Below are positions 1 to 13,908 of a stretch of DNA of 64,000 bases, piece after piece (the stretch's first letter is position 1; every line of letters begins with the position of its first letter). This DNA comes from the human T2T-CHM13v2.0 reference genome, Homo sapiens. The stretch lies in NCBI RefSeq assembly GCF_009914755.1, contig NC_060939.1; one strand, given 5' to 3'. A program made the translations under genes and the position numbers. The notes under the pieces are model-generated. The model was not told where the DNA came from. It saw only the letters and a list, made by a program, of their open reading frames with translations, and made no database searches.

Positions 1-64
1 AAAATAGTATAAACAGTCAAATAGTATGTCAAATAGTATAACTAGCAAAAAGTAGATTAAAATA

Positions 65-196
65 GTATTATTTTTATCCTCCTTCTACGAAGGAGGGAAT
101 TGAGGCTTGGCAAGGTCAAGTAAAATTTGCTGAAGTTTATACAGTTGGAAAGTGATCTTTCCAGGACTCAAGAGCAGGCTTGTGTGATTCCAAGGC
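65..196 (-). mobile_element. MIR fragment
   Basis: Diverged reverse-complement MIR core (gagggaattgaggcttggcaaggtcaagtaaaatttgctgaagtttatacag). Confidence 0.55.
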
Positions 197-400
197 AAGT
201 ACAGTACAGTATTTGTTACCATCGCATGAGATAAATATTTGTGTTTGTATTTGTCACCATTGCATGAAATAAATCTGTTGCTAATTCTCTAACCTTTTCT
301 CCATGATTCTGAATCCTTATATAAATTTGAGGTGCTTTCATCATTCATTGGAGCCAGATGTCACCTGTTTACACTCTGTATTACATAGAATATTCTAAAA

Positions 401-742
401 CAGGGGTTGGCAAACATTTGGCCTGTGGGCCAGATATGGCCCACTGCCTGTTTTATTGTACAGCTTGTGAGCTAAGAATGGTTTTTATAATTTCTTCTAA
501 TGGTTGAAAAAAATCAAAAGAATAAAAATATTTAAAACATGTGATAATTACATGAAATTCAGATTTCAGTGTTCATACATAAAGTTCTATTGGAACACAG
601 CCATGCTCATTTACCTACTTGTTGTCTCTGGCTGCTTTTGTATTACAAGGGCAGAGTTGAGTAGTTGTAACAAGAGACTGCATGGAGGGCAAAGCCTGAA
701 ATACTACTATGTGGTCCCTACAAAGAAGTTTGCCAACAGTTT
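401..742 (+). mobile_element. MER58B-like hAT-Charlie MITE
   Basis: Terminal inverted repeats caggggttggcaaac...gtttgccaac; internal aataaagtt-like/ttggaacacagccatgctcattt motif; ~340 bp; flanks ttctaaaa/ttctggac resemble a degenerate 8-bp TSD. Confidence 0.85.
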
Positions 743-2289
743 TTCTGGACTATAAGTCTGGGCAATTGAAGTATGGCGGTATGCATGTTTCTGAAGCCCT
801 GGATAGAACACTAGAAGCGTTTTGTCTGAATATGCAGTTTGGTTGTGCATTTTTGGAGGATCCCCAATGCTCAACAGTTCTTTTTCATCCTGGTGACCTG
901 GGGAGGGCCTCACTCTGGAATACATTCTTACTTTGTAGTTCAGGAGCTACAAGTACCAAAAAGTCACCTCTGCTAATGCCTTACTTGGCCATCACACACC
1001 AAACTCTTCTATCCAGATATTATAGTACTGGGGAAGAATGACTGTGGTATGTTTGCTTGGATGGGGACTCTCATTTACTTGGAGGGAGGAACTCAAGAAG
1101 CATTTTTGGGTTGCAGGTTGTCTGGCATTTTGCTGTGCATTTCATTGTAATTTCTCACCAGGGAAACACTGCTTGCTCTCCTGGCTGGGTTTACTTCATT
1201 TCTATCATCTTTTCTTTCTTGTTTTAATAATTCCAACTTCATCTTGCCTTCTCCTTTGCTTCATTTTGAAAGAGTCCCAGTTTGCTTTTCTTGCCAATTC
1301 TCTACTTACTTTTCCCAGAGCTCAAAAATTATTCTTGGGGGTGATGTCATTTTCATGTTTATCTTTCTTCTCTCACATGACTTAATCAAATAAGTATGTA
1401 GATTATAATTTGTGAGCTGTGTTCTGAGGGAATTAATTGATCATCATCATATTCTTTTAAAAGGACTGTGGCCAGTTTTAGCCTCGGTTAACTTCAGTCA
1501 GTTTGTACAATAGTAATGGAATGTTTTGGCGTCTATTGGAGCAGGCGTGGACCATATATGTTCTATAGGCTTTTCAGAAATTCTATGCAGAAATTATGTG
1601 AACCAGATGGTACCCTTTTGATTTGCCAGACATGCATACTTAAAGAAATGTGGGGCATTTATTCTCCTTAGGAGACTTAGAGGGGGTTCTTTGGGAATGT
1701 AAATCAGCCAAAATTGTCCTAATTGAAAAATTCTTTGGAGTTTGTCATCAAAATAAGGAGTGTACTATCAGAAGACCGCATAGATTTTGCGGGAACAAAT
1801 ATTACTGGATTTATTTGATTTACTTCTCTGAGAATGAAAAGCCCCATAGACTTAGGTAAAAGAGGATATAATCCATGAGATGCTTTTATTTTGATAGGGC
1901 CATGGATTTGCTCACTTAGGCCTCTTTGGGGACACTTTCAGCAGTGAGAGTATGTGGATGTGAGGTGGGTGAGGGAGATGGCATGGGTCCCAGGGAATGA
2001 ACAGACAGTGAGGGCCAGTTCATTAAACCGAAAGCTGAAGGGACAGGGTCTAGTCATTCTGAGAAGACCAGACTTTAGGGGAACTTGCAGATCATTGCAG
2101 GGGCTTAACCTACGGGAGGGCAACTGTTAGATTTCCTCTGAGCAGGTAGAAGGTGTACATGAGTCATAGTTACATCTAAGCACAGAGATTTGGGATTCAG
2201 CAAGGATTGCAGAGGAGGAGATAGTGTCTTTCTTCAGGTAATATGAAGAGCACAGTGGAACTGGAAGCCCCAGCCAGATAGGGAGAGCT

Positions 2290-2410
2290 GAGTCTGGTTG
2301 GCTGTCTGCACTGGCACTTGCTGGGGACTTTGGGGAAATGTCTTTCAGTGCTTCAGTTTCCTTATCTGCAAATTGGAGTTAATACCTCAAAGGGCTGATG
2401 GGTTTGTGCC
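2290..2410 (+). mobile_element. MIR fragment
   Basis: cttcagtttccttatctgcaaattgg MIR core. Confidence 0.55.
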
Positions 2411-2539
2411 GCTTACAAATTATTTGGCTCAATTCTAACTTGTAATGTTGTGCTGAAGCTTAGAAATTATGTATCTCAAGTGCTTTATATATGATATATG
2501 GTTTAATTAATGGGAGCTTTAGTATAGTAATCATTTAGT

Positions 2540-2786
2540 ATACTGGTTAAGAGTTGAGTTCAGAATCAGAGAGACCTGGCTGGAGTCGCAGCTCAGCCAT
2601 TTTGGTAGCTGTGTGATGGTGAACGAGTCACATATCCTATGTAAGCCTCACTCTCCTCTTCCGTATACTAGGGTAAAGAGCAGCTCCAACACGGTGGACT
2701 CAACTTTGGGGATTAAATGAGCTAATGCACATGAGGTGCTCAGCACAGGGCTTGGCCCATAATAAACGTGTAATAAATGCTAGCTG
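2540..2786 (+). mobile_element. MIR, near full length
   Basis: tggttaagag head, tagctgtgtga core, ggattaaatgagctaatgcacatg and aataaatgctagct tail. Confidence 0.75.
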
Positions 2787-3248
2787 ATAACTTTCTCCAC
2801 TGACCTCCTGCCTGGAACAGAAAATGAAATTCTGCTTCTTAAAACCAAATGTTATAAGCTTCATCCTTATAAACCAAGTGCCTTTAGAAATGTCCTCTTT
2901 CTACTCTTCTCTGGGTTCCTGGGGAGCAGAACGCCTGCTTGGGTGATGACTTATGTCTCTCAAATCCTCTCTACCCCTCCATGATATCACACATTTCCGT
3001 CGTACGGCATGTACTAAGGTCTGCACTTAATTTATGATGTAAGGGCCAGGTGCGTATTTTCAGCCTTCAAAGGCTGAGTATATTTGGGATTGACTCTGAA
3101 GGGGGAATCCCCTGTTGTTTCATTCATACAGTAGGTATAGCCTGATGGTTAGAGTGTGGGTTAGTATATCTGGGCTGCGTAGCTTGCTTTCTTGGTTGGC
3201 ACTCCACTGTAAGCAGACCTCGATTTGTGTAGAGGTAGAGCGTGTGCA

Positions 3249-3268
3249 TGTGTGTGTGTGTGTGTGTG
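3249..3268 (+). repeat. (TG)10 microsatellite
   Basis: Read directly. Confidence 0.9.
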
Positions 3269-3719
3269 GTGTTGATGTTGTTGTTCTTGCAGTGATCCCG
3301 GGAAAACTAGCTGGTGAGTAGGGAGAGTGACGGGGAGGAGATGGAAGCCAATCAAGGTGCACTATTAATCAAGTTAGTTACCATGGATGGTAACTGGAGC
3401 TCATTCTTCCTAGGGAACTCTCACAGACAGCATAGAAGCCACCTGAGAGTTATCCCAGCAAAGGCAGGAAGCTGGGGGATTTATCTACCAACTGCCCTGC
3501 CCATCATTGGCTGAGGACTGTTTCTGGGACGTTAAGTCCCTGGCACTTCCAATTTGCCTGGCACATGGGCTAATGTTCCTTTGGTTGGGGGTAAAAAGGC
3601 CTCCAGACTGAAGGTTGCAGGTGTTTGTGGTAACAGACTTGATCTTGTAGAATTGAGTCCTCGGGGCCATCAGTGGGGCACTGACAGCATCTGCTCTCCT
3701 GTCTAAGGTGGAAGGCTGT

Positions 3720-3915
3720 CTCTGCCACCTACCAGCTCTGTGATCTTGGCCACACTACTTATTATGCCTGAGTTTCCTCATCTGTAAAATGAAGATAATA
3801 ATAATACCTCCTTCCCAGACTTGTGATGGGAATGAATTGAACTGATATGTGTAAGGCACTTGGTAGAATGCTTGCCATGTCGTAATTGCTAAATAAATGC
3901 TAACTTTTATTATTT
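3720..3915 (+). mobile_element. MIR (MIRb-like)
   Basis: agtttcctcatctgtaaaatgaagataataata core. Confidence 0.85.
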
Positions 3916-4279
3916 TGTGATTATTCATTGAGTTTCTTCAGGTTCTTTTTCAGTGTAATAAAATTCACCATGTTTACTGTGACATAAGATGAAGATTTTT
4001 TGGATGGAAACTAATTAGTTGTTTCTTTGGGCATCAGATTATTTCCCCAATTTTTATTTATTTGAAAACTGTTACAACAAAAACGCAATCTGTTTTAGGG
4101 TTAAAAAAATCCTCTTTAACTCTATCACCCTTCAATTATTACTTTTATCTTTTTGTTCCTTTGGAGTCTGTTGATATAAATTCATATTTCTACACTGTTA
4201 TAATAAATAATGGCAAAACTCAGTTTTTATCACTGTTTGTTCTAAAAATAAAATAGCAACCCTGTACCCAGCATACTTT

Positions 4280-4420
4280 ACAGGTTTTTTAAAGTTCTCA
4301 CAGTTTATGAAGAAGATGCCGCCATCCCAATTTCACAGATGAGAAAACTGAGGCATGCAGACATTATGCAACTCTTTTCAAATCACACAGTTGTTACCTT
4401 GTGGGGCCAGCATGAGCCTG
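4280..4420 (-). mobile_element. MIR fragment
   Basis: tttcacagatgagaaaactgaggc is the reverse-complement MIR core. Confidence 0.7.
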
Positions 4421-4497
4421 GGAGGATTGCAAGGCTCGGGCCTCCCCTCTGCTCTGTGTCTCTCACGGTGGCTGAGGTAGAATACAGCTTGGAAGTT

Positions 4498-5223
<726 letters not shown>

Positions 5224-6412
5224 TCACAGGGAGCGGAAACATGCTGAAATAATTATTTGCTGAAATTGTTTTCCAACAGATGGCTTTAGGAATCAGGAGA
5301 TTTGACACTAGGACGTTAGGTGGGCAATGGATTTCTAGTAATTTGTCAGCTTTGTTTTATTGAGGTGGAGCTGCATTTAAATTGCTACTTCTCCCTGCTG
5401 GTTTGGTTTGGTTCTCCTCAGAAATGGCTTACTTTATTTGTACTTGACTTGAGTTACATTAAAGCAGGCAAAAATATTTCTTAAGGGCTGAAATTTCAGG
5501 TTGGCAAAAGGAAACAATGCAATCTTTAATCATATATCTGAAAGAGCACAGTGGTGCATTATGATGGCAGAACTTCATTCCCTAACCCTGTACAAAGGTT
5601 TTTAGAGACTAAAGGATTGATCGTTTTTTTCCCCTGACAAAACACCTCTTTTGACATGTGCAGAGAAATATGTAATTTGGGTTGCATTGAAAGAAAGCTA
5701 CTCTTGCTATTTCTCTCTCCAAGAGGCTGTGCTCTTGGAGTTAATATTTTCTACTGGAGACAGTTCTACTTGAAAGGCAAATATTACAAAAAACCACTAG
5801 AGAGGCATTGAAATCTGTTGTGGGAAGGAGTCATTTTAAATTTTCTTATTAAAAGAAGATGGCACTAAAGAGGGGGGAGTCATTTCCAATTTATTACTTA
5901 ACAGAAAGATGAGCAATTTGTCCTCTCAGCAATAGTGTTCTGTCAGATAACCTGTTTGCCATTTCCTTGCCAACACTGGGTCTTGCCATTCATTTGAAAT
6001 GTTTGCTCTTGTGATCTATTAAAAAATTTGTATATATTGATTTTACATATGTGCTGATCATTTGCATTTCTTTTGTGAATTGCCTTTTGATATTTTCCAT
6101 TTTTAAATTGTCATTTTCAAATTTACCTTTATATATGAAATATATTAATCCATCATCATATATCTTGTAATGGTTTATTTAGCTGATCCTTTGTGGTTGT
6201 TGCAAGCTTTTTTGTGTATTGTTTTACAGTTTGCAGTTTTTGTCACAAATTAAATCCATTTTTTGGGATATAAAGTAGGCTTTACTTTTTATATATTCTG
6301 TTCTTTTCTATACCGGTGGAAATCTTGTTATTAATGTATACTGCCTCCTTAGGGTTTGTTTTCCAAATCTCTTTTCTTTCTACAAGCATATTAGTCTGTT
6401 GAGCCTTCTTAA

Positions 6413-6707
<295 letters not shown>

Positions 6708-7197
6708 GAGCCTTCTTAAGTTTTGAGAGAATTTTCTTAAGTTTGTTTTCTAAGTCTCTCATTTGGTTTCCTTTGATACGCAAGCTAGTTTTTCTATGCT
6801 ATACCATTTTTAATGTGAACAGTTCCGTTCTAGGAATAGAAATCTTGATCTCAATTTGTCCTTCTTCCAGGGGGCAATGCCATCAAGAATCCAACCTGGA
6901 AATCAGAATCAGTGCACTGTTTTGACTTTTCCTTCCCTTGCCTTCTGTGAGTTTGTTTCTTATGGTCATACTTACTTTGATTTCTCCAATTGGTTCTCTT
7001 ATTTTAAATGACTGAGTTTCTTCATATGTTGGATTATTTTCTCCTATGCTCTTCAAAGAAAGTGGCTCTAGTGTGTCTAGTTTCAGCAGGTGAGATATAG
7101 TCTGTTGTCAGCCCAGACAGGGTGAGAAGGGAGAGCTTCAGATTGATAGTTTAGCTTTCTGAAAGGAAGGTTGCAAATGGAGGGCCTTGCTCTAGAC

Positions 7198-7426
7198 CAG
7201 TGCGGCCCAGTGCAAACTTTCTGTGCTGATGGAAATGTTCTTGGATCTGAGCTGCCTGGTATGATAGCCACTCACCATGCATGACTACTGAGCATTTGAA
7301 ATGTGGCTAGTGCAAGTGAGATGGATTTCTAAACTTTTATTTACTTTTAATTAATTTTTATTAATTAATTAAAACATAAATTTAAATGACCACATGTGGC
7401 CAGTGGCTATGTATTAGATAGCACGG
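7198..7426 (+). mobile_element. MER3 (hAT-Charlie MITE)
   Basis: aactttctgtgctgatggaaatgttct ... tgagcatttgaaatgtggctagtg ... ccacatgtggccagtggcta. Confidence 0.88.
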
Positions 7427-7429
7427 TCA

Positions 7430-7530
7430 TCATGAGGACGGCTTCCTGTGTGATTTGTTTACTGTTGTGTTCCCAGCCCCAGTACTTGTCACACAGTAGA
7501 CACTCAATATTCATAGAAATTAATGGATGC
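7430..7530 (+). mobile_element. L2 3' end fragment
   Basis: ttgtttactgttgtgttcccagccccag...cacacagtagacactcaata resembles the L2 terminus. Confidence 0.55.
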
Positions 7531-9337
7531 AGCAAGGGGAAATCTCTGGTAGGGCTTCTTTCCTTGCTATGCCAAGAGTTCCTTTTCTTTCTGTGGGTCT
7601 GCCCAAAGTTAGAGAAGTCGCATTACCCTCATCAGTAACTACCACAAGTGCTGTTGGTAGGGGCATCTGTAGGATTCCCATCCCCATGGCCCTTTTTATG
7701 TCCTACTGTGTGTGCCAGTCTGACCAGTGAGATCAATCCATCCTTGCCTTAGGAATTCCTAAGAATTTCAGAAATTTCTCAAAGCTGCTGCCAGGAAGTT
7801 GGGAGTTGTCCTAGTTTGTAAAGCTGATCTAGATACTTCTCAGTTTTATAGTCCTATGGCCATTCCAGGGAGAATGTTGGTGCTAGAGAGAAAAGAACTG
7901 AGATCTGTGTTTTGAATCAAGAGCCTATTGTCATCTTTCTGTGTTTTAATGGCTTACTATATCTTGATGCAAAAGCTTCAGTGTTTACGAGGCTCCACTA
8001 CTGATTGTATCTTTCAGCAATCTCAAATGACCCTCTTTAATCCCATTTTCTGCCTTCTTCTTATACTCAGAATGATACAAATATTACCCCCAATTTAATT
8101 TTTTCCTCACATTTGCCCTCATCTTTTGGTGTAATACTATGGTGTTACTTTAAAGGGTTTTTAAGAAGCAGGTAATTTATGTTTGAACCAATTTTGATTG
8201 TCTTTGCCTATTATTTATTGAGGAAATCGTACTATTGACACAGTGGTATGTCTGGTCATCTGCCATTTCGTTTTCCTTGTTTTTTGCTTTCAGTCCTGTC
8301 TTTACATTATCATTACATTTACTTTTATCTTGTACTTTTGTTTGGATCATAGTTATGCCATTTCTAATTCTAGTAGTGGATCCTATTAAGTTTTTAAAAA
8401 ATCCATATTAAATCTATATTTATGAAATTGCTGAAGTCAGTAAAAATAGTTTTTTTTTTCACTCTCCCTGATAGACAATCCCACATTTCTTTATTTTGGT
8501 TGTTTTTTTGTATCTCTTTTCTTTTCTTCTATTTCCTGAGACATTTGGCAATCTAATCTAGAACTATTCAAGTCAGCATTTCACAAATAACCTCAGTGAT
8601 TTTCTTTTGTGTCTCTCTTCATAATCCTGTTATGAATTATGCATGCATTTATATTAAACTTAGTTGATGCTCACTTTGCCATTTTGAGTTCTTAGGTTTT
8701 CCAGCTCTCTCTGACATGAAGCACATTTTCAAATACGTTCTTCAAGAAGCATACACCATATGTTTTCTGAGACTTTGCATATTTAAAACATTTTTTTTGG
8801 TTGCCTTCTGTTGCGAACAACAATGTGTCTTAATTTAGTAGTTTTAAAGTCACAAGTGTTTAAATATTAAAATGTAGATATTGATGCATTATCTTCCAAA
8901 ACCTCCTGTTGGGGGTAAATATTGAGGCCATCCTGATTTGTATTCCCTTGCAGATAATCTCTCTGTCTCCTATTTTCTCACCTTTGAATTCTGATGACTC
9001 TTTATGTGTCCTTGAGACTAAAAAATGTCACCAGAACATGTCTATCAGTGAATCTCTTTCCATTAATTTTGCTTAATATATGATGAACCATGCAAACTGA
9101 AATCTGTTTTCAACTGAGGAAAGTGTTTTTTTCTGGTAAGTGCTTATTTATTGTTTGGATACTATTTGTGTGGGTTTTATTTTGGGATGAAATAGTTTTA
9201 CATGGGTTGGATGTTTCTTCTGTGTTCCTTCATATATTAATGTAGGTGCCTCAACAAGTCTGGGGAAGAATAATGAAAAAGTGTTGTGTTCTTTGCGATG
9301 ATTTTTGTTTTTAGGTAATTTTTTGCTCCATTTTTGA

Positions 9338-10140
<803 letters not shown>

Positions 10141-10149
10141 ATACTGCTT

Positions 10150-11076
10150 TTTTTTAAATTCAAATTTACATAACATAAAGTTAGCCATTTTAAGATGAAT
10201 AATTCAGTGGCATTTAGTAGTCACAGTGTTGTACAATGATCATCTCTATCTAGTTCCAAAACATTTTCATCACCCCAAAGTAAAACCTCATACCCTTTAA
10301 GCAGTTACTCCTCATTTCCCACCCCACCCATCTCCTGGGAATCACTAATTATCCTCTGCCTCTGTGGATTTACTTATTCTGGATATTTTATATGAATGGA
10401 ATTGTACAATATGTGACCTTTTGTGTTTTGCTTCTTTTACTTAGCACAGTGTTTTTGATATTCATCCATATTGTAGCATGTATCAGTACTTTATTCCTTT
10501 TCATGGCTGTATAATATTCCATTGTATAAATATACCATAATTTGTCTATTCATTTATCCTTTGTGGACATTTGGGTTTTTCTCCCTTTTGGTTATTGGGA
10601 ATAGTGTTGCAATGAATACTTACCCTAGTCAGCTCAGACTGCTATAACAAAATACTGGAAACTGGGTGGCTTAAATAACAGATGTTTATTTTTCAGTTAT
10701 GGAGGCTGGGAAGTCCAAGATCAAGGCACTGGAAAATTTGGCTCTTGGAAAGGGCCCGCTTCCTGGCTTGCAGATGGCTACCTTCTCCCTGTGTCTTCAC
10801 ATGGCAGAGAGAGAGAGAGAGAGCACTCTGGCCTCTCTTCCTCTTCTTTATAAGCACACCGGCCCCATCATGGGGTCCCTACACTTGTCCCTCTTCTAAA
10901 CCTGATAACCTCCCCAAAGCCCTGCTTCCAAATACAACCACATTAGGAGTTAGAGCTTCAACAAATGAATTTGGGAGGACATAAACATTCAGTCCATACA
11001 ATACTCATGTGCAAGTATTTGCATCATATTTTCAATTATTTGGGGTATATACCCTGAGTGGAATTGCTGGGTTATT
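10150..11076 (-). mobile_element. L1MB-type 3' end interrupted by an MLT1A0 LTR
   Basis: attcagtggcatttagta, ttccaaaacattttcatcacccc, ttcatccatattgtagcatgtatcagtact; resumes after 11000 with gggtatatacc..gtggaattgctggg. Confidence 0.85.
10621..11000 (-). mobile_element. MLT1A0-like MaLR solo LTR
   Basis: ctgctataacaaaatac, ggaggctgggaagtccaagatcaagg, aacattcagtccataca; perfect 5-bp TSD atact at 10616-10620 and 11001-11005. Confidence 0.9.
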
Positions 11077-11641
11077 CTTAAATGTTTTAATCTTGAAGAA
11101 TTTTTAACCGGTTTACCTGTTTTTTTTTTTTTTTATCTTTCTTGTTCCTTCTTGTTCTTTTCCTGCAATGACATCAATTTGATAACATGACTAGTTCAGT
11201 CGTCCCATCTTTTGGCTTGGCCTGATTGTTTCCTCTTGTTCTTCTTCAGTATGTTCCTCTGTGCCTTGCATGTCTTATAATTTGGGTACCATGTTTTTAT
11301 TTTCTCTGCAGTCTCTTTTTTCCGTCTGTTTACTGTTTGATATATTTGCCTCTTCTGTTTGGTATGTGGACTATTTTGGGGGAATGTGCCCTTATTTTCT
11401 GTTGTGAACCCAAAGAAGTTTCTATACTTTCCTGCAATAAATCTATGTGCAAGAATGTTTTTGCTCTTTTTTTTGAGGAACGGTTTCTGTCCTCTTGTGC
11501 TTCAAATTCTGGTCATAGGCATCAGACTGTTGTGTTTCTCCTTCCTTATCTGTGAATAGACCTAGTGTTGGCACACAGATGTGATACACTGGCCATTTGC
11601 AGTGTACCACTGACCCTGGCACAATGCCTTCTCATATCTGA

Positions 11642-12090
<449 letters not shown>

Positions 12091-13752
12091 TCTTCTCTCA
12101 CTATCCGTTTCTGACAAATGAAAAAAATGGATGTGGGTCCTGCAGAACCTGAGGCCAGCTCTAACCAGTCTTTCATGGATGCATACACCTGCCTGCAGGC
12201 GCTGCTCCCAGGTGAGGAGGTTGCATGCCTCAGAATGCAGTTAGCCTGGGCATCTGTGCACCAGGCTGAGTTCTTGCCTAGGAGCTGCAGATGTGTGATG
12301 AATGCAGAACTAAAGTTATTGAGGAGACCAAGAGACTTGACCTGGGAGTGCTTATGTGGTTTGGATGGGATTCCTTGAGGCTTTTGTGGAGGAGCAGTCC
12401 GTGGAGTCAGGGTGTCCGTGGGTCACTGTTAGCCCACATGGTGCTCTTTGTATGAGTTAGAAAAATACGCCTCTTCCTCGACACACTTTACTTTCATGCG
12501 GGGGAAAACTCTCCTATCCTGAGTTGGTTAGAGCTGGTGATTTGACAGCCGCCTGCTGGAAAATTGTATGATAAGTACACAAATCTGCTTCAGGAGGGTG
12601 TGCTCCCTTCCATGTGGCACAGTTGTCACCCCCTGCCCAGCTGCCTCTGCAGCCACTTTGGGTTTTGTGGCTGATGTTCACTAGCCACTGACTATACATC
12701 TGAATCTCTTCCTGTCAGTAGAAGATCCTTCTGATTTGGGCATATGGTCAACTTTTTATTTTTCATAACTCTTGCTACCCCTTTCCTCCATTTTTATTAG
12801 TTTTCATGGGGACTTAAGTGAGCATCCAGGCACCGTTGCTGATCTGTCTCCCTGACCCAGAAGACCATGTTGGCTTTTGGACAAAGATCCTGGATAGTTC
12901 TGAAGCTATGATGCTGTGCATCAGGGTTGAATGGGGGTCCTGAGAGTCCAGCATTGCTTGTGCTAGCAGCTCATAGCAGCTTAACTTGTGTAGCAGAATG
13001 GGTGCCTTGTAATAGATAGCCATCTGCTTTTCAGTTTATGGAAGGCTTCGTTTCTTCTGACGGCATTCTGACGGGCAGGTGTTACATCTTTTGTGACTCC
13101 CAGGTTATGAGGCTGGTTCTTGGGTTTGACTCTGGGAATCATGCTCATTGATCTGCTTTTCCTAATCATGTCAGTGAATACCTACACGTGAAGAAAACTC
13201 AAGCTGCACCATAAAGCTAAAGGAAGAAGGTAAAAACCACCTCAAATTTCCGTGATACAGGAAAAACTGCTGTGACCCTCCACTTCTCCATCCTGGTCCC
13301 ATTTCCTGTTTCCACCCTCATCCAGTTTGCTTTTCCAGAATCTTTACTGCTTCCTTTGATGGGGGTAACGACTCTCCCTAACCACCCCACCTCCCGTGGG
13401 AACTGTTACCCCATCCATAGCCAGCATTTGACAGCCCAAGGGCAGGTTTATGTATTTGCAAACGACATTATTCTCCTATAACTAAAAATGTAAAGATCCT
13501 TTCGTATTAAATAGTCCAGTGTCCCTAGGGCACAGTGCTTTTGGATTTCAGCCTGCTTCTGCTTTGTGATCTTGGGAAAGTCACTAACCCCTCTGGGCCT
13601 CTATCTCTATTTAAAAGGAAGAGGCTGAACCAAAATGCCCTTTCCAGGTGAAAGCAAGTGGGGAAGTTAGACCTATTTAGGGAATAGAGAACAGCCTGTG
13701 GGACAGGTTTGTGCTTATTGTTGGTGCAGTTTAGTAGGAATTGTCAGAAGCC

Positions 13753-13822
<70 letters not shown>

Positions 13823-13908
13823 AATAGATAGATGATTGATAGATGATAGATAGATGACAGATAGATGATAGATTATAAATTGATGTTTGATAGATCAATA
13901 GATAGATA
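13753..13908 (+). repeat. (GATA)14 plus degenerate GATA/GAT compound STR
   Basis: 14 uninterrupted GATA units at 13753-13808, then ~100 bp of interrupted units. Confidence 0.97.

Noticed and set aside
13753-13908. Identity with a named forensic STR locus
   Set aside because: The flanks do not match any marker I can recall with confidence, so no name is assigned.
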